NCBI RefSeq assembly: GCF_032062105.1
Contig: NW_026918132.1
Location: forward strand, 1 to 64,000
Reading direction: 5' to 3'
DNA: 64,000 nucleotides
Source of the DNA: Saccostrea cucullata
Lineage: Eukaryota
Shown: positions 40,801-53,648 of the stretch, in pieces
How the letters are laid out: every line of letters starts with the position of its first letter
How positions within the stretch are numbered: position 1 is the first letter of the stretch
Translations under genes and position numbers: made by a program
The notes under the pieces: model-generated
What the model was told of the DNA's origin: nothing
Database searches by the model: none
The model's input: only the letters and a program-made list of their open reading frames with translations

Positions 40801-43800
40801 AATTTGCTTGTTTTATTTCATTGAACAGTGTTACATTGGTGACTAAAAATAGAAATTTCTTTGAAATACTTTTAAAATGCCACTCCTTCAGTGTGAATCA
40901 GTAGAGCTACAGTCTTGACAGAGACTTTTAGGTAGTATGAAAAGTGAGTTCTCTTTTGCTTTTATTCTGTGTAGTTCAAAGCTCAGACACTATACTGTAG
41001 ATCACTTTTTATTCGCGAGAACTTTATTTTCGCGTAATTACACGAGACAGTGTGCTCGAGAAAATTTAATTCTCGCGTATTATATTCCTTAAGATTATAT
41101 AGAGCAATTACCACAAATCGCGGAAATTTTGTCTCGCTAATCAAGAGGCAATGACTATCTCGCGAAAATAAGGTGTTGCGAAAATAAAGTGATCTACAGT
41201 ATCATATTTTACATATCTTGACAGGTTTAGTGTGGTGTGTGGATCATGAAGAGGAATCAAAAGCCGATTCAGAATTAGAAATATTAAGTGAAGAGCAGGT
41301 GGAGGTGGTAGTTGAGGAATACCAAGGCTGGACAAAATCTGAGATGTCCATCTCCATCATGACTCAAAACATTCTGTCTGATCTTCAGAAAAAGTAAGAG
41401 ATTAAGATATTGTATAATTAGCCCATGCAAAGTCAAAATTTTGGGGGTTATTGTAAATTTACTGATTTTAAAATACTCAAGACCTTGTTGATTATAAATG
41501 TAAAGAATATACATTTACTCTAAGCTCTACATAACTGAAATTCTTGCCATAAATTTTTACCTGAATTACTTGAATTTTAAACTCATATGGCTTGTCAAGT
41601 CCATCTTCCATCTCTGTATTCCTTAATAGGATATGATCGGGAATATATTTTACCTGACATAAAATGGGGGGGGGGGGGTGTGTGGGATACCAACTAAGTC
41701 ATTCCTTATAATTTATTTACACTAATGTTTATATTTGTTATGAGTTTATACTTAAAAAACAATCAAAATATTATAAAAAGTATAATCTTGTAAGCTCTCA
41801 CAACATGTTCACAATCAATTGTTGAAAGGGAATTAACCAGTACTCAGATCAGCTCTACAGAGTTATTTCCCTTTCATTTCCACTTCCTGTTTTGCTTTTG
41901 AAGAACAGACGACATCAGGGAATATTGATTGAAAGATAATAATTATTGGGATACATGATTGATCATGTTTGTGAATAGACTAGAACTTTAAAATATGAGG
42001 GTAAGCTAAATACAATTGTATCTTTGCTTAGACATACTATAACTACTAAAAGCTTTTAATTAATATTTTATGAACATTGCATTTTTTTCAAATTTACTCA
42101 ACTCAAATTCATCAATTTTTTCCATTATATGTATTAAGTTGATACTAATTAGTTAATTTAAAAAGTTAATTTTTACTCTTTTAAATCATATTGGACTTTA
42201 AATATTAATCAATTACCTTTTCCTAATATCATCAGTTGTCATCATGATGACTTTCCCTCACACAAAATTCTTTTAACAAAAAGTTTGACAATTTATTAAT
42301 TTAGCAACTATTTGAAGTGATTCAAAATATTAAAGATATATGTAAAATAGACAAAACTCAGATTATGTAGGCACAATTAATGCTCAATTTTCCCACTTTG
42401 TCCTTTGTAAGTTACTGAATGTTAATATTTTTTAAGATTTTGAAATGTTGTCAGACAATAAGCCCCTTCACGGTAACTGCGGTACTGCTCTTCTGCAGGG
42501 CAAATTAATAATGTTTGGCGGAGTTTTTGTTGATAGATAATTAAATGACGTTATTTAAACAATTGCTTTTACGTCATATTTCACCAAAATATATCATTTT
42601 GCCCTGCAAAAGAGCAGTACCGCAGTTATTGTGAAAGGGTCTATATCGATCTGTACATGTATTGTTAGAGTGAGGGGCAACATGAAAAACATAATCAATA
42701 TATTCATACAGATTTTATTTATTAAGTAACATACTGACCCATAAAGTTGGTAAGGTTATAGAGGGAAAACAGTGCCTTAACTCTGTTGACCCCGGATTGA
42801 CCCCACAAAGTGGAATAAATTTTGTAAATGTGAAAGTCATCTATTGAAAAATCATTACTGTTTTGTGATTTAGGGGTTGCATTTTATGATTATGACACTG
42901 TCTGTAGAGTATTGTATTGAATTTCCTGAGTTTATGCTCAGATTTCTGATGAAGAAAACTAGATATCATAGAACAGCCTGGCAAAATAATTTATCCATAG
43001 AGGAAAAGGGAGGAGGGATAATTATTGTTACACAGGCTTCACGTTGCCCAATAGGGATTTCCATTTTACACCCTCAGGCTGTATGAATCCGTATTAGGTC
43101 ACTAACTGACTGTGTAACGAATTTATCCCGCTGAAGACCTTTTTCAATATAAAAAAGATATTTGCGCATATTATGAAAATATTACTTTTAATCCAACACC
43201 ATTTTTATTAGCTCTACTGGTCAGAGACCAGAGGAGCTTATGCGATAGTAAGGTGTCCGTTGTCCGTCCGTCTGTCTAGCTGTCCGTCTGTCTAGCTGTC
43301 CGTCTGTCTGTAAACAATTTTTCAAAACGCTACTCCTCCTACAGTTTTGGTCTATTTTAATATAACTTTGCGCATAAGTAGACTACATTAAGATACATAA
43401 TATAGTGCATCGGTTTTTTATTTCGTTGAACTGTGTTGCCATGGTTACTAAAAATAGAATTTTTTTTTGAAATTCTTTTAAAATGCAACTCCTCCTACAG
43501 TTATGATCTGATATCAATATAACTTGGCACACAAGTAGACTACACTAAGGTACATAAAACAGTGCATCGGTTTTTGATTTCGATGAACGGTGTTTCCATG
43601 GTTACTAAAAATAGAATTTTCTGTGAAATTCCTTTAAAACACTACTCCTTCTACAGTTATGATCTGATTTCAATATAACTTGGCACACAAGTAGACTACA
43701 CTAAGATACTTAATATAGTGCATCGGTTTTTGATTTCGTTGAACTGTGTTGCTATGGTTACTAAAAATAGAATTTTTTTTTAAATTCTTTTAAAATGCTA

Positions 43801-46800
43801 CTCCTCCTACAGTTATGATCTGATATCAATATAACTTGGCACACAAGTAGACTACACTAAGATACATAAAATAGTGCATCGGTTTTTGATTTCGATGAAC
43901 GGTGTTGCCATGGTTACTAAACGTAGAATTTTCTGTGAAATTCCTTTAAAACACTACTCCTTCTACAGTTTTGGTCTGATTTCAATATAACTTGGCACAC
44001 AAGTAGACTACACTAAGATACTTAAAATAGTGCATCGGTTTTTGATTTCGTTGAACGGTGTTGCCGTGGTTACTAAAAATAGAATTTTTTTGTGAAATTC
44101 TTTTAAAATACTACTCCTCTTACAGTTATGATCTGATTTCAATATCACTTGGCACACAAGTAGACTACACTAAGATACTTAAAATAGTGCATCGGTTTTT
44201 GATTTTGATGAACTGTGTTGCCATAGTTACTAAAAATAGAATTTGCTATGAAATTCCTTTAAAACACTACTCCTTGTACAGTTTTGGTCTGATTTCAATA
44301 TAACTTGGCACACAAGTAGACTACACTAAGGTACATAAAATAGTGCATCAGTTTTTGATTTCGGTGAAAGGTGTTGCCATTAGTACTAAAAATAGAAATG
44401 TCTGTGAAATTCCTTTAAAACGTCACTCCTTCTACAGTTTTGGTCTGATTGCAGTGGCTTCTTTTCTTATCCTATGTTATAAGCACAAACCAGTAGAGCT
44501 ACAGTCTCGACAGAGACTTCTGGTTTACAATTACAATGCTTCGAACAGAATCGCGATTTTCATATTACGCCTTGAAGGAGATATGACGTAATATGGAAAC
44601 GGAGACGTAATGCGGAAATTTCAGGGCGTCATGTGATTAGCTTTTATCATATTGATCATTAATTGACAAATTTTTCTGAAGCGGGATAAAGAAACTATTG
44701 GACTCGGACGAAATTTACCAGAGATTGCTGGTGGGCCGGTGTCTTTTGCCAACTCTACATCGCACTTTAGAGTCCTATATATATATTTACTTGTCATTAT
44801 AAACTCCACAACTATTGATTTTGCGTAGTAATCAATAGCGCTAGCACATCATTGTCCCCATCCAACAGACATTTTCTACCTCCACTGAAATGTGTTCTGC
44901 CAAGTTAAGAAACCATGATATAAACTCAATTTTACATTTTTTTGTTTTGAACATTTGGTCTGGCAATCTTTTTTTTGACAATCTACAGAACACTACTGTA
45001 CAGCGGGTTATTTTAGCGGGGTGCTAATTTTGGCGGTTTGATAGTCCGCTAAAGTTTTAATTGCTAAAATAGTCAGTACTCTTGTAAGCGTCCATCTGCA
45101 AAGAGCTTAAACCCTGTGTCCGCTAAAATAAATTAAAAAAAATTAAATACCTTAGCACAGCCAAAACGCCAAGTTTTACACCCGCCTGCTATATGGTATG
45201 TCTGACAGATTTTTTACCTCTTAGACTTTTAATTTGCCAATTCTCCGTGATCATTGATGAGACTGTATGTCAGGTAATTACATGGTATTATCATCAGTAA
45301 CATTGCATTTTAATTGTAGCACCACAGCAGCAGACACCCTGATCCCAGACCTAGAACAGTTGTGGGAGGAATTCCTGTCCTCTATTTCCTCCAGTGTCTC
45401 AGATTATCTCAGTGTGGAACATCTGGGGATCATTCTCAGGAGACTCGCAGAAACTGGTCTGTATACTATGCAGTCATGCTATACAATCATGTATATATAT
45501 AATCATAAATTTTATATCAGCAGATTTCAGGTACCATGTAAACCATAAATAGAATGTGACTAATGTTTTTATTATTTTTAGAAACATTTACAGTGAACCG
45601 ACCTTTTCTCAGTTGTTTTAAAAGAGGAGAACCAAATTTGTTACTTTGTCCACAAGGTACTTAATATACTAGCCAGCCATGGTATATTGTTTCATTAACA
45701 AAATTTACATAAATTAAAGAAAAAAAAATCTTATTTACATTAAAGACTTTTTTAATAGATAATGTGTGGCAGACCTTTCTAGTTCAAAAGTTTAGAGATG
45801 AAAATAATTTAAAAGTATGGAATGTTTTCAGATGAGATATTGAACACTGTTCTGACAATCTACAGCCATGATCCAGATCAGCCTCTGCCTCAGTCGGACG
45901 AGATCCTCATGTGTACTCCACACACATCTCTGGATGAGGTCTGTTTATGGGGGGGAAGAATCTTATTTTATTTTAATTTGTTAAAATTTTATTGTACACA
46001 AAAGCATATTTCTTTTATTCATACTACTTATAAAATAGATAAGTAAAATTTTGTCTGGGGGAAGATATGAAAATTCTGTTGAGTGACAACATTAGTCGCC
46101 ATAGATGCCAACTCACACGATTTCGTCGGGTCACACCCGATTTTTCAACCCATAACCCGATTATTTTTTATGACCTGGCGGGTCATGCTTATCACCTGAT
46201 TTTTGCCGAACAACCCGAAAATCTCCCAATTTTCCGGATTTGGTTCGTAAATTAGGTTGCACTTTTAACTTCCAGTTATAACCCAAGCTTAGATCTACGT
46301 AAACAATGCCGATGGATTAATTATCAGTGCAGGTGTAAACAATTAACTGGGTGTTGTTTTGACAAATCAATGTTTGAAGTCAATTAAAATGGCTTCCAAT
46401 AGAACTAGATCGTTATAAGGGCCAACAGGAACAAATTGAACCAAACGAATGTCTCTGATTGAACCAAGAAAAAAGAAACAATATTTATGTACATATCAAG
46501 GAATCTTGGAAAAAAAAACTTTCATTCTAGATAAAATAAAGTGACCGAAGGCAGTGTAGGCCTAACTTCACATTTAAAACATATTGCAGTAGTTAATTAA
46601 TTAAGAGAGAGGAAAAATAACTTCAAAGCTGAAATTGGTATACTTTCAAGTTTAGCAGAAACTGAAAAGGCTTTTAAAAAAAAATGCACACTTACTTCCG
46701 GTCAATACTGAAATATGAAACCTTCAATTTTCATTTTTAACATGTAAATTTAAATCAAATTATGTATGAATTTTTTGTCATAGTAAATAAATCCTTTTTC

Positions 46801-49800
46801 AATTAAAGAATTCTCAATACACAAATACTTAATATATATATGTATAAAATTTAATCATGGTAAATATGTCGTGAATGTCGTTACGCGACTACGCGTTATG
46901 ACCAGATTTTTTACTTTCCAAATCTGGTCATGACCAGATTTTTATATGCTGGAGGTTGGCAAGTATGTTAGTCGCCCGCATTACGAAGGTATTAGAGTGA
47001 CTGCTCTAGAGTTGCAAAGTAAGGAGTTAATTCTTATGTCTTGGGTTCGAATCTACTGTTGGATGTGGAGACCGGTCCTTCGGATGAGACCCTATAAACC
47101 GAGGTTCTGTGTCGCAGTAAGTGCTGACACGAAAAAGATCCCTCACTGCTCAATGGTTATGAGTGCCAAGTATAGGAAATTTGCAACTCTCTACCAGCAA
47201 CATGTGGTGTCTCCATATGAGTGAAAATTCTCAAGAGGGACATTGAACAACATACAATCAATCGATCAACTGAATGCATTATTATCAGGTTCAAAAGGTC
47301 TTTGGACTACATGAAAAATTTTATCTTTATTTCATAAAATACAGTTTACTAAGTTAGTATCTGATGATTTTCTTAGGTGGAGATATTTTGGAGGAGAGCT
47401 GTACTTGACACAACAGACAGAATCCATTGTTTGGTCAGTGGGGACCTGCTGGATTATGAAGTCAGTGATAAAGGGGAGAGAAGGCTGGAACATCACATGC
47501 AGAAAGCTGTGGAACTTGGTAATTATTGAAATACCAACTGAAGCCATATTAGAAATGATAGTAGTTCAGGTTCATCATGCTTTGATTTTGTTATCATTGT
47601 ATCTGAACATTTCTACAGATATTCCCTACAAACTGGTGGTGGTGTGTAGTACAGAGAGGGAATACCACTCCAGAATTGTGGCGGCCCTGGACAAGTACAG
47701 ACGCCCCCCTCTCCCTCTGATGACACATGACAACATGACCAAATACATCAAGGATAAGCTGACCTTTGACATCAGGAGACCTGGTGCAACCCCTGCTGCT
47801 GAAGCCGACTTTGAACAGTATGTAATTATTGTACATGTATTGATAGTGTGTTTATTTAAACTTGTACAATGATTTTAAGATGTGAATTTGCAGTACTTAA
47901 TTGCAGAATGTAAGTTTAAATAATTGCATGTTGCAAAGAAACATGATTGAACTTTTGCTAGATATTAATATATTTTGTTTTTAAGCCTGTCATTGATAAT
48001 TTTGTGTGTATAGGCAAAAGAAATTTAATTTAGAAGTCATTGGTGGGAAATGTTTTATTTCTGTCAAGCTTTGGTAAATTATCAATGTTGCAAATAACAA
48101 ATGATTCACATCAAAACATGCAGAATGTAGTTTTGTATGTATTGTATTATAGTAAGTGTGGATTTCTTTATTAATAGCTGCACAGTGAGAGTGGTGAAAT
48201 CATGGAGAGCAGGAGTTGGCAAGAGTTTACACAAGAAAAGATTGGCAGAAAAACTACAAGGTCTACACAGTGGTGTCATTAGAAGCAAGAAGGCAGTGGT
48301 ATCTATACCTTTACACGAGAGGGAAATCTCCATTGATGACATCATGGGTGAACTCCTGAAGAACATGTTGCATCCTGGGAAAATAGAACCACGACTGTTT
48401 CACATTGATCTTTCTCATGAGGTAAGGATGATTTAATATTATTTTATAAAAGAAACATCTGAACAACTAGATATACAGTAAAACAAGTTTATAACAAATT
48501 GCCAGAGTCACACGATTTTGCTGTGAAGTAAAAGAAATTTGTCATGATAACATTTAGTTCACATTATATTTTATAAGCCAGAAAGAGGAAAAGAAAACTA
48601 TTTCACTGATAGTGTCAATTTATTTTATAGCATGTTTACTATTATAAGCTTGCTCATGAAGTGTGTTTTACTGCATCTTAAATCAGATCTGAAAAAGGCA
48701 TCCAGAGAACACTGTATTTCCATCTGAATCCTTAACTGCATGCTGTCTAATCTTGAAGAATTGTCTATAAATTCTGTGTTCTGATTGGTTGATCAGGTCC
48801 AGGAGGGGGTGGACTACCTGCTGTTCCAGCTACTGATCCTGGGCTGTCTGACCAATAGTACTGGACACGTGTGGAGGAAGCTGCCCTACGACCTCTACAT
48901 TGTGGAGACCATGCCTCTACTGGCCAGGGACTTCCAGGAGCAGGTCAGCTGGAAAATTATTCTAATTTCTTCTATATACTTTATATACTGTTGTTGGAAT
49001 TTCTCTATGCCAGAGTTTCTTTGATATATGAGCTTTTCATTTTATGTCATTTTAAAAATGGGAATTATTTTAGAATTATAATTTATTTGTATATGATATA
49101 TTTAGAGAGGCTTTATAAAATGCATGCACAGATGTCTGGATATTCTGCCTGATGTGACTTGTCGCTCTCCTCATGAAAGTCTTAAGAAATACCAAGGAAA
49201 TGCTCCAGGTAATTAGGGGTTTTTTGCCATATCATAATAAGCCTGAAAACTAAGAAAAGTGGGGTTCAGTTTCATATCTGCTTAGTTATGCATTAGATAC
49301 TTTAAATCCATTCATTATTGTAGATATTGGACAGAATGACTTACTATTTGACGAGAAGGAGTTCCAGAGCAACGTTTTCCAGAGACCATTCCAATACCTG
49401 TACAGATTGGACATGGGTCGAGGCCTGGGGGATGTAGATATGAGGAGGACAGAGGGAAACCCCCAAACCTGTCTACAGACACTGCTCAAGTAATTCTCTA
49501 GTGTAACTTAAATCTCAAACGTAACTATAAAAAGTATATAAGATTAGTTCATCAAGGGACTATTTGCACCAATCTATGAACACAGTTTTGAAACCCTGTT
49601 ATAAATAGTGAATACATATCAACTGCCATGAACATTCATGTGGTTTAGAAAAGGGATCACTCTGTATAAAAAAGAACATATTTTTATCTAACAGACATTG
49701 TGGAATCAGAGACCCTTCCTGGGCTGAGCTAAGACATTTTGTCTGGTTCCTGAACACACAACTGGTGGACTTTGAGAACTCGGCTTTCCTTGGACTTGCA

Positions 49801-52800
49801 GCTGCACAAGATCTCCCAGGATTTTCACAATTTGTCCTAAGATTTCTCATCCAGATGTCAAGAGTAAGAACTATATATATTTTGGGGAATTGTCTGTGGG
49901 AGTGGGGATTTGTAGTGTTTTACACATACAGGTGACTCGAGATGGCTCGAACTCAGATCACTCAAAATGAACCGGTCCCGTTTTTTTCCTTTCTATAACT
50001 AAGCAAATTTACTCCTGATCTCTCGAACTTCTATCTTTCGAAGTATTCTATCTCAAGAACCAAAACCTGGGTCCCGATAGACATATTTCATTGAATTTTA
50101 CTCTCTATCTCTCGAAGTTTTGATTGCGCATGTATACTCAGGAATCAACCGTAAAATTGATGCAGCCTGAACTTACCTGGAAAACAGTGAACGCCTGGGG
50201 CTGGCATGGAGGTGTTAATTGGGTGTTTACTTAGATGACACTACACCTGTGGGTCGTCCATGTGTTGATATAATTTATTGTTTATTATTGGTACATTGTA
50301 TATTATAAACCAATTAACAACTTTTTAAAATTGAAACCGAGATGATAATTTTTAGAAAATAATTTATAGATGTTCGTTATATATAAGTGTCCATAGACTA
50401 TGAACTTTAATTAGAGTCTACATAATCACAGTATGGCAAATATTGTACAAGACATTCTTTTCTCAAGGACTGAATACTGATTAAGAAAAATCTTGTGAAC
50501 ACTGGTGAAGGACCTGATCAAGACACGGAATAGCAAAACTGATAATTGCTATTTGAGTTTCATGTAATCATGAAAGAAGAACAAATAAATATTGAAACTT
50601 TAGGAATTTGTTTTATTTATTCGAAATACAACCATTGTTATTAATATCAAGTAAATTACCTGACTGTAAAATACAATTGAAAACGTGCAATTTCTTTATT
50701 TACATATACTCCTGGAATCTATAAAAATAAAACATCGAAGGTCGGAACTGAAAATTCTGGATTTTATTGACTTTCTAATCTCTCGAACCCTTCGATCTCT
50801 CGAATTTTTCTCGCGGTCCCTTGAACTTTGAGAGATCAAGAGTCACCTGTATCTTACTCCCATTTTGATTCACTGACAGTCTGTCCATCAGCTGAGAGCC
50901 TGAGTTTGGATCTAGTTGGTTTATTAGGAAAAGGTTATTTAGTGCTACTAATTAAAAGTAGGTCACAGTGACCTTATTTTGAAATGTTATTGCTATACAT
51001 GGAAAGATCGTGTTTAGACCATATTATGCAGAATGTGGGATGTAGAATTATCAGACAATGTCAATTGATGCATTTTGGAGATTGGAGGTGGGGGTGACAT
51101 AAAAGAGGTCACATTGACCTTATTCTGAAGTTCTATACACAGAGGTATATAAACATAGATTTAGTCAAATTGTATCCAAATCAGTTATCTTGCAGAATGT
51201 TGGATGTAGAATCATGAATCTTTGTCAGTTGATCAAATTATGCATACTCAGAGAAAGTATGTCATGATAAAAATTTAGGTCATTTTTACCTCCTTTTGCC
51301 ATTTCATTGTAATGGGTACATTACAAAATTATAGTACCTTTTCCCCAAGGAATAATGAATGTATTTGCAAATAAAACCATTTATTTTCTGTACATATTGC
51401 AATGTTTCATGCACACACCTTGTTTGTGGATTGTTCATTGAGAAGGGAAGCTCATTAATTTATAGATTTATAGCCATTTGATTTGTGTAATTGTACTTAG
51501 TGACTTTGACAGGACTTTGCTACACGGTCGCTGAACATGAGTGAGGAGTCCCCCATACAGATGTTACAGAGGATGGAGTCTGAGGAGGAGGAGGAGAATG
51601 AGGAGGTCGTGCTCCGTCAGTTTCAGCTCAGGAGGACATGGGAGAGCAGGTAAAGTCATCAGGTTACCTTTTTGGTTGAAAGGTGATGATCAAGGATATT
51701 TAATGTTTCTCTGTGTGAAATTTCTGATTATACTTCTGGACTAAGTCTTGAACATAAATTGTGTAAAGTGGCCTTGTCTGCTGGTCTGAACATTACAGTT
51801 GTTGTAATAGATAATTACCCAATGAGTGCATAGACAAATAAATTTTTCAGCTGCTTTATATATGGAATACTGTGGTTTCATCAATTTTTGTTTGCATCAA
51901 TTATCGTGGATTTTACAAAAAGGACGTTTCTGAGGATACATAATTTTCATGGACAAAAGCATTGCCTAAACAAATGAATAGTATATTTCTTAATTCAATA
52001 CATATCTAAATTTGTGGATCTGCTCAATAAACGAAATCCTTGAAAATTGGCACTCAACAAATATTAATGACACCACAGTACCTTTCAATGGACTTTCTCA
52101 AATTTTTTGATTTATACATGTGTTGGGAAAGAAGACATTTTTAATGTTTAAATATTTTAGCCCCCATCCCTACTTGTTCTTTAACCCTGACCACAACTCT
52201 ATGACGTTCCTGGGATTTAACATAGAGAGACAGTCTGGTAACCTGATAGATGTACAAACAGCGACCGTTCTAGAACAGGGGATCATGCAGAGAAATCTGC
52301 AGGATGCCCTCACCAGAAACAGGGTCCCTATCAATGAAAACTTTGACAGTCTACCAAGGTAAGCTACATATATAATTAATATGTATAAATAATTTGTGAT
52401 TTTTCAGAATGAAGAAAAGCTAGGATAGGATATGAAATCAACTTTTTCTGGCCACTTAATTAACTTGTATAATGCATTGAATCAGAAATAACACTTCAAT
52501 TAATGATTTGTAGAAATACCTTGTTGCACATATCCTATACATTTTGCACCACCTGGACTTAGAGCATTCAATGGTCAAGGTGGCTTGTCAATTAGATGCT
52601 AAATTAATGAACTTTAGCTTAGTTCAGTAGCCAATTTCAATTCCTGACATGTGTATCTAGTTAATTGCTGCATTAAGTTTTGTTAAATGTACATGACTGT
52701 ATATTTATTCAATGAGATATCATCAAAGACATTGTTATACTTGTAGTTAGGTAAATGTTGGAAAAGTAGGGAGTCCTCTTTTTTTTGAAAAAGACCACAA

Positions 52801-53596
52801 AAAAAAAAAAATGAGTGTATTTTTCAGAATTCAAAAACTCATCAAACTGTGTAGTGTGATGGGGGTAGAAGATGTATTTGACCCTGACCCGACTTATGAA
52901 CTTACAACAGACAATGTCAAGAAGATACTGGCCATCTACATGCGCTTCAGGTAAACATTTTATGAAAGTGCTTCATATAAAGATATCTCTTAGCATCTTA
53001 AGATTGCATATTTTGCCGTGTATGAATTGTTGGAAAATTAAATGCTGAATTTCTTGTTGATTTAGATGTGACATCCCTGTGATTATTATGGGAGAAACAG
53101 GCTGTGGAAAGACCCGTCTGGTCAAATTCATGTGTCAGCTTCAGTGTCCTATTGGGGTGGAGGTCCAGAATATGATCCTTATGAAGGTATAAAAAATACA
53201 GATTGGCATTAAATGTGCGATTTAACTATAAACGCTATTTTTCGGCTGAATTATGACGTTTCCCCCTATTTTGTGTTATGCAGTACATTTTATGCTACTT
53301 AGATTCATAGAGACACACGTAGAAGTGACATCCTCAGGAAAGTGCTGGAGGCTGAGAGAATAGCTCAGGAGAACACAGCTAATTATGGTCAGAGACTGTA
53401 TACTGTGTTGTTCTTTGATGAGGCCAACACTACAGAGGCTATAGGTCTAATCAAGGAGATCATGTGTGACCGATCAATGGAGGGGGAACCACTCAAACTC
53501 TGTCAGACCCTGAAAATCGTGGCTGCTTGTAACCCCTACAGAAAGTATGTGGTTTCTGCTTCCATTTGATTAAAACATCTTAAATATTTATGCCCC

Positions 53597-53648
<52 letters not shown>

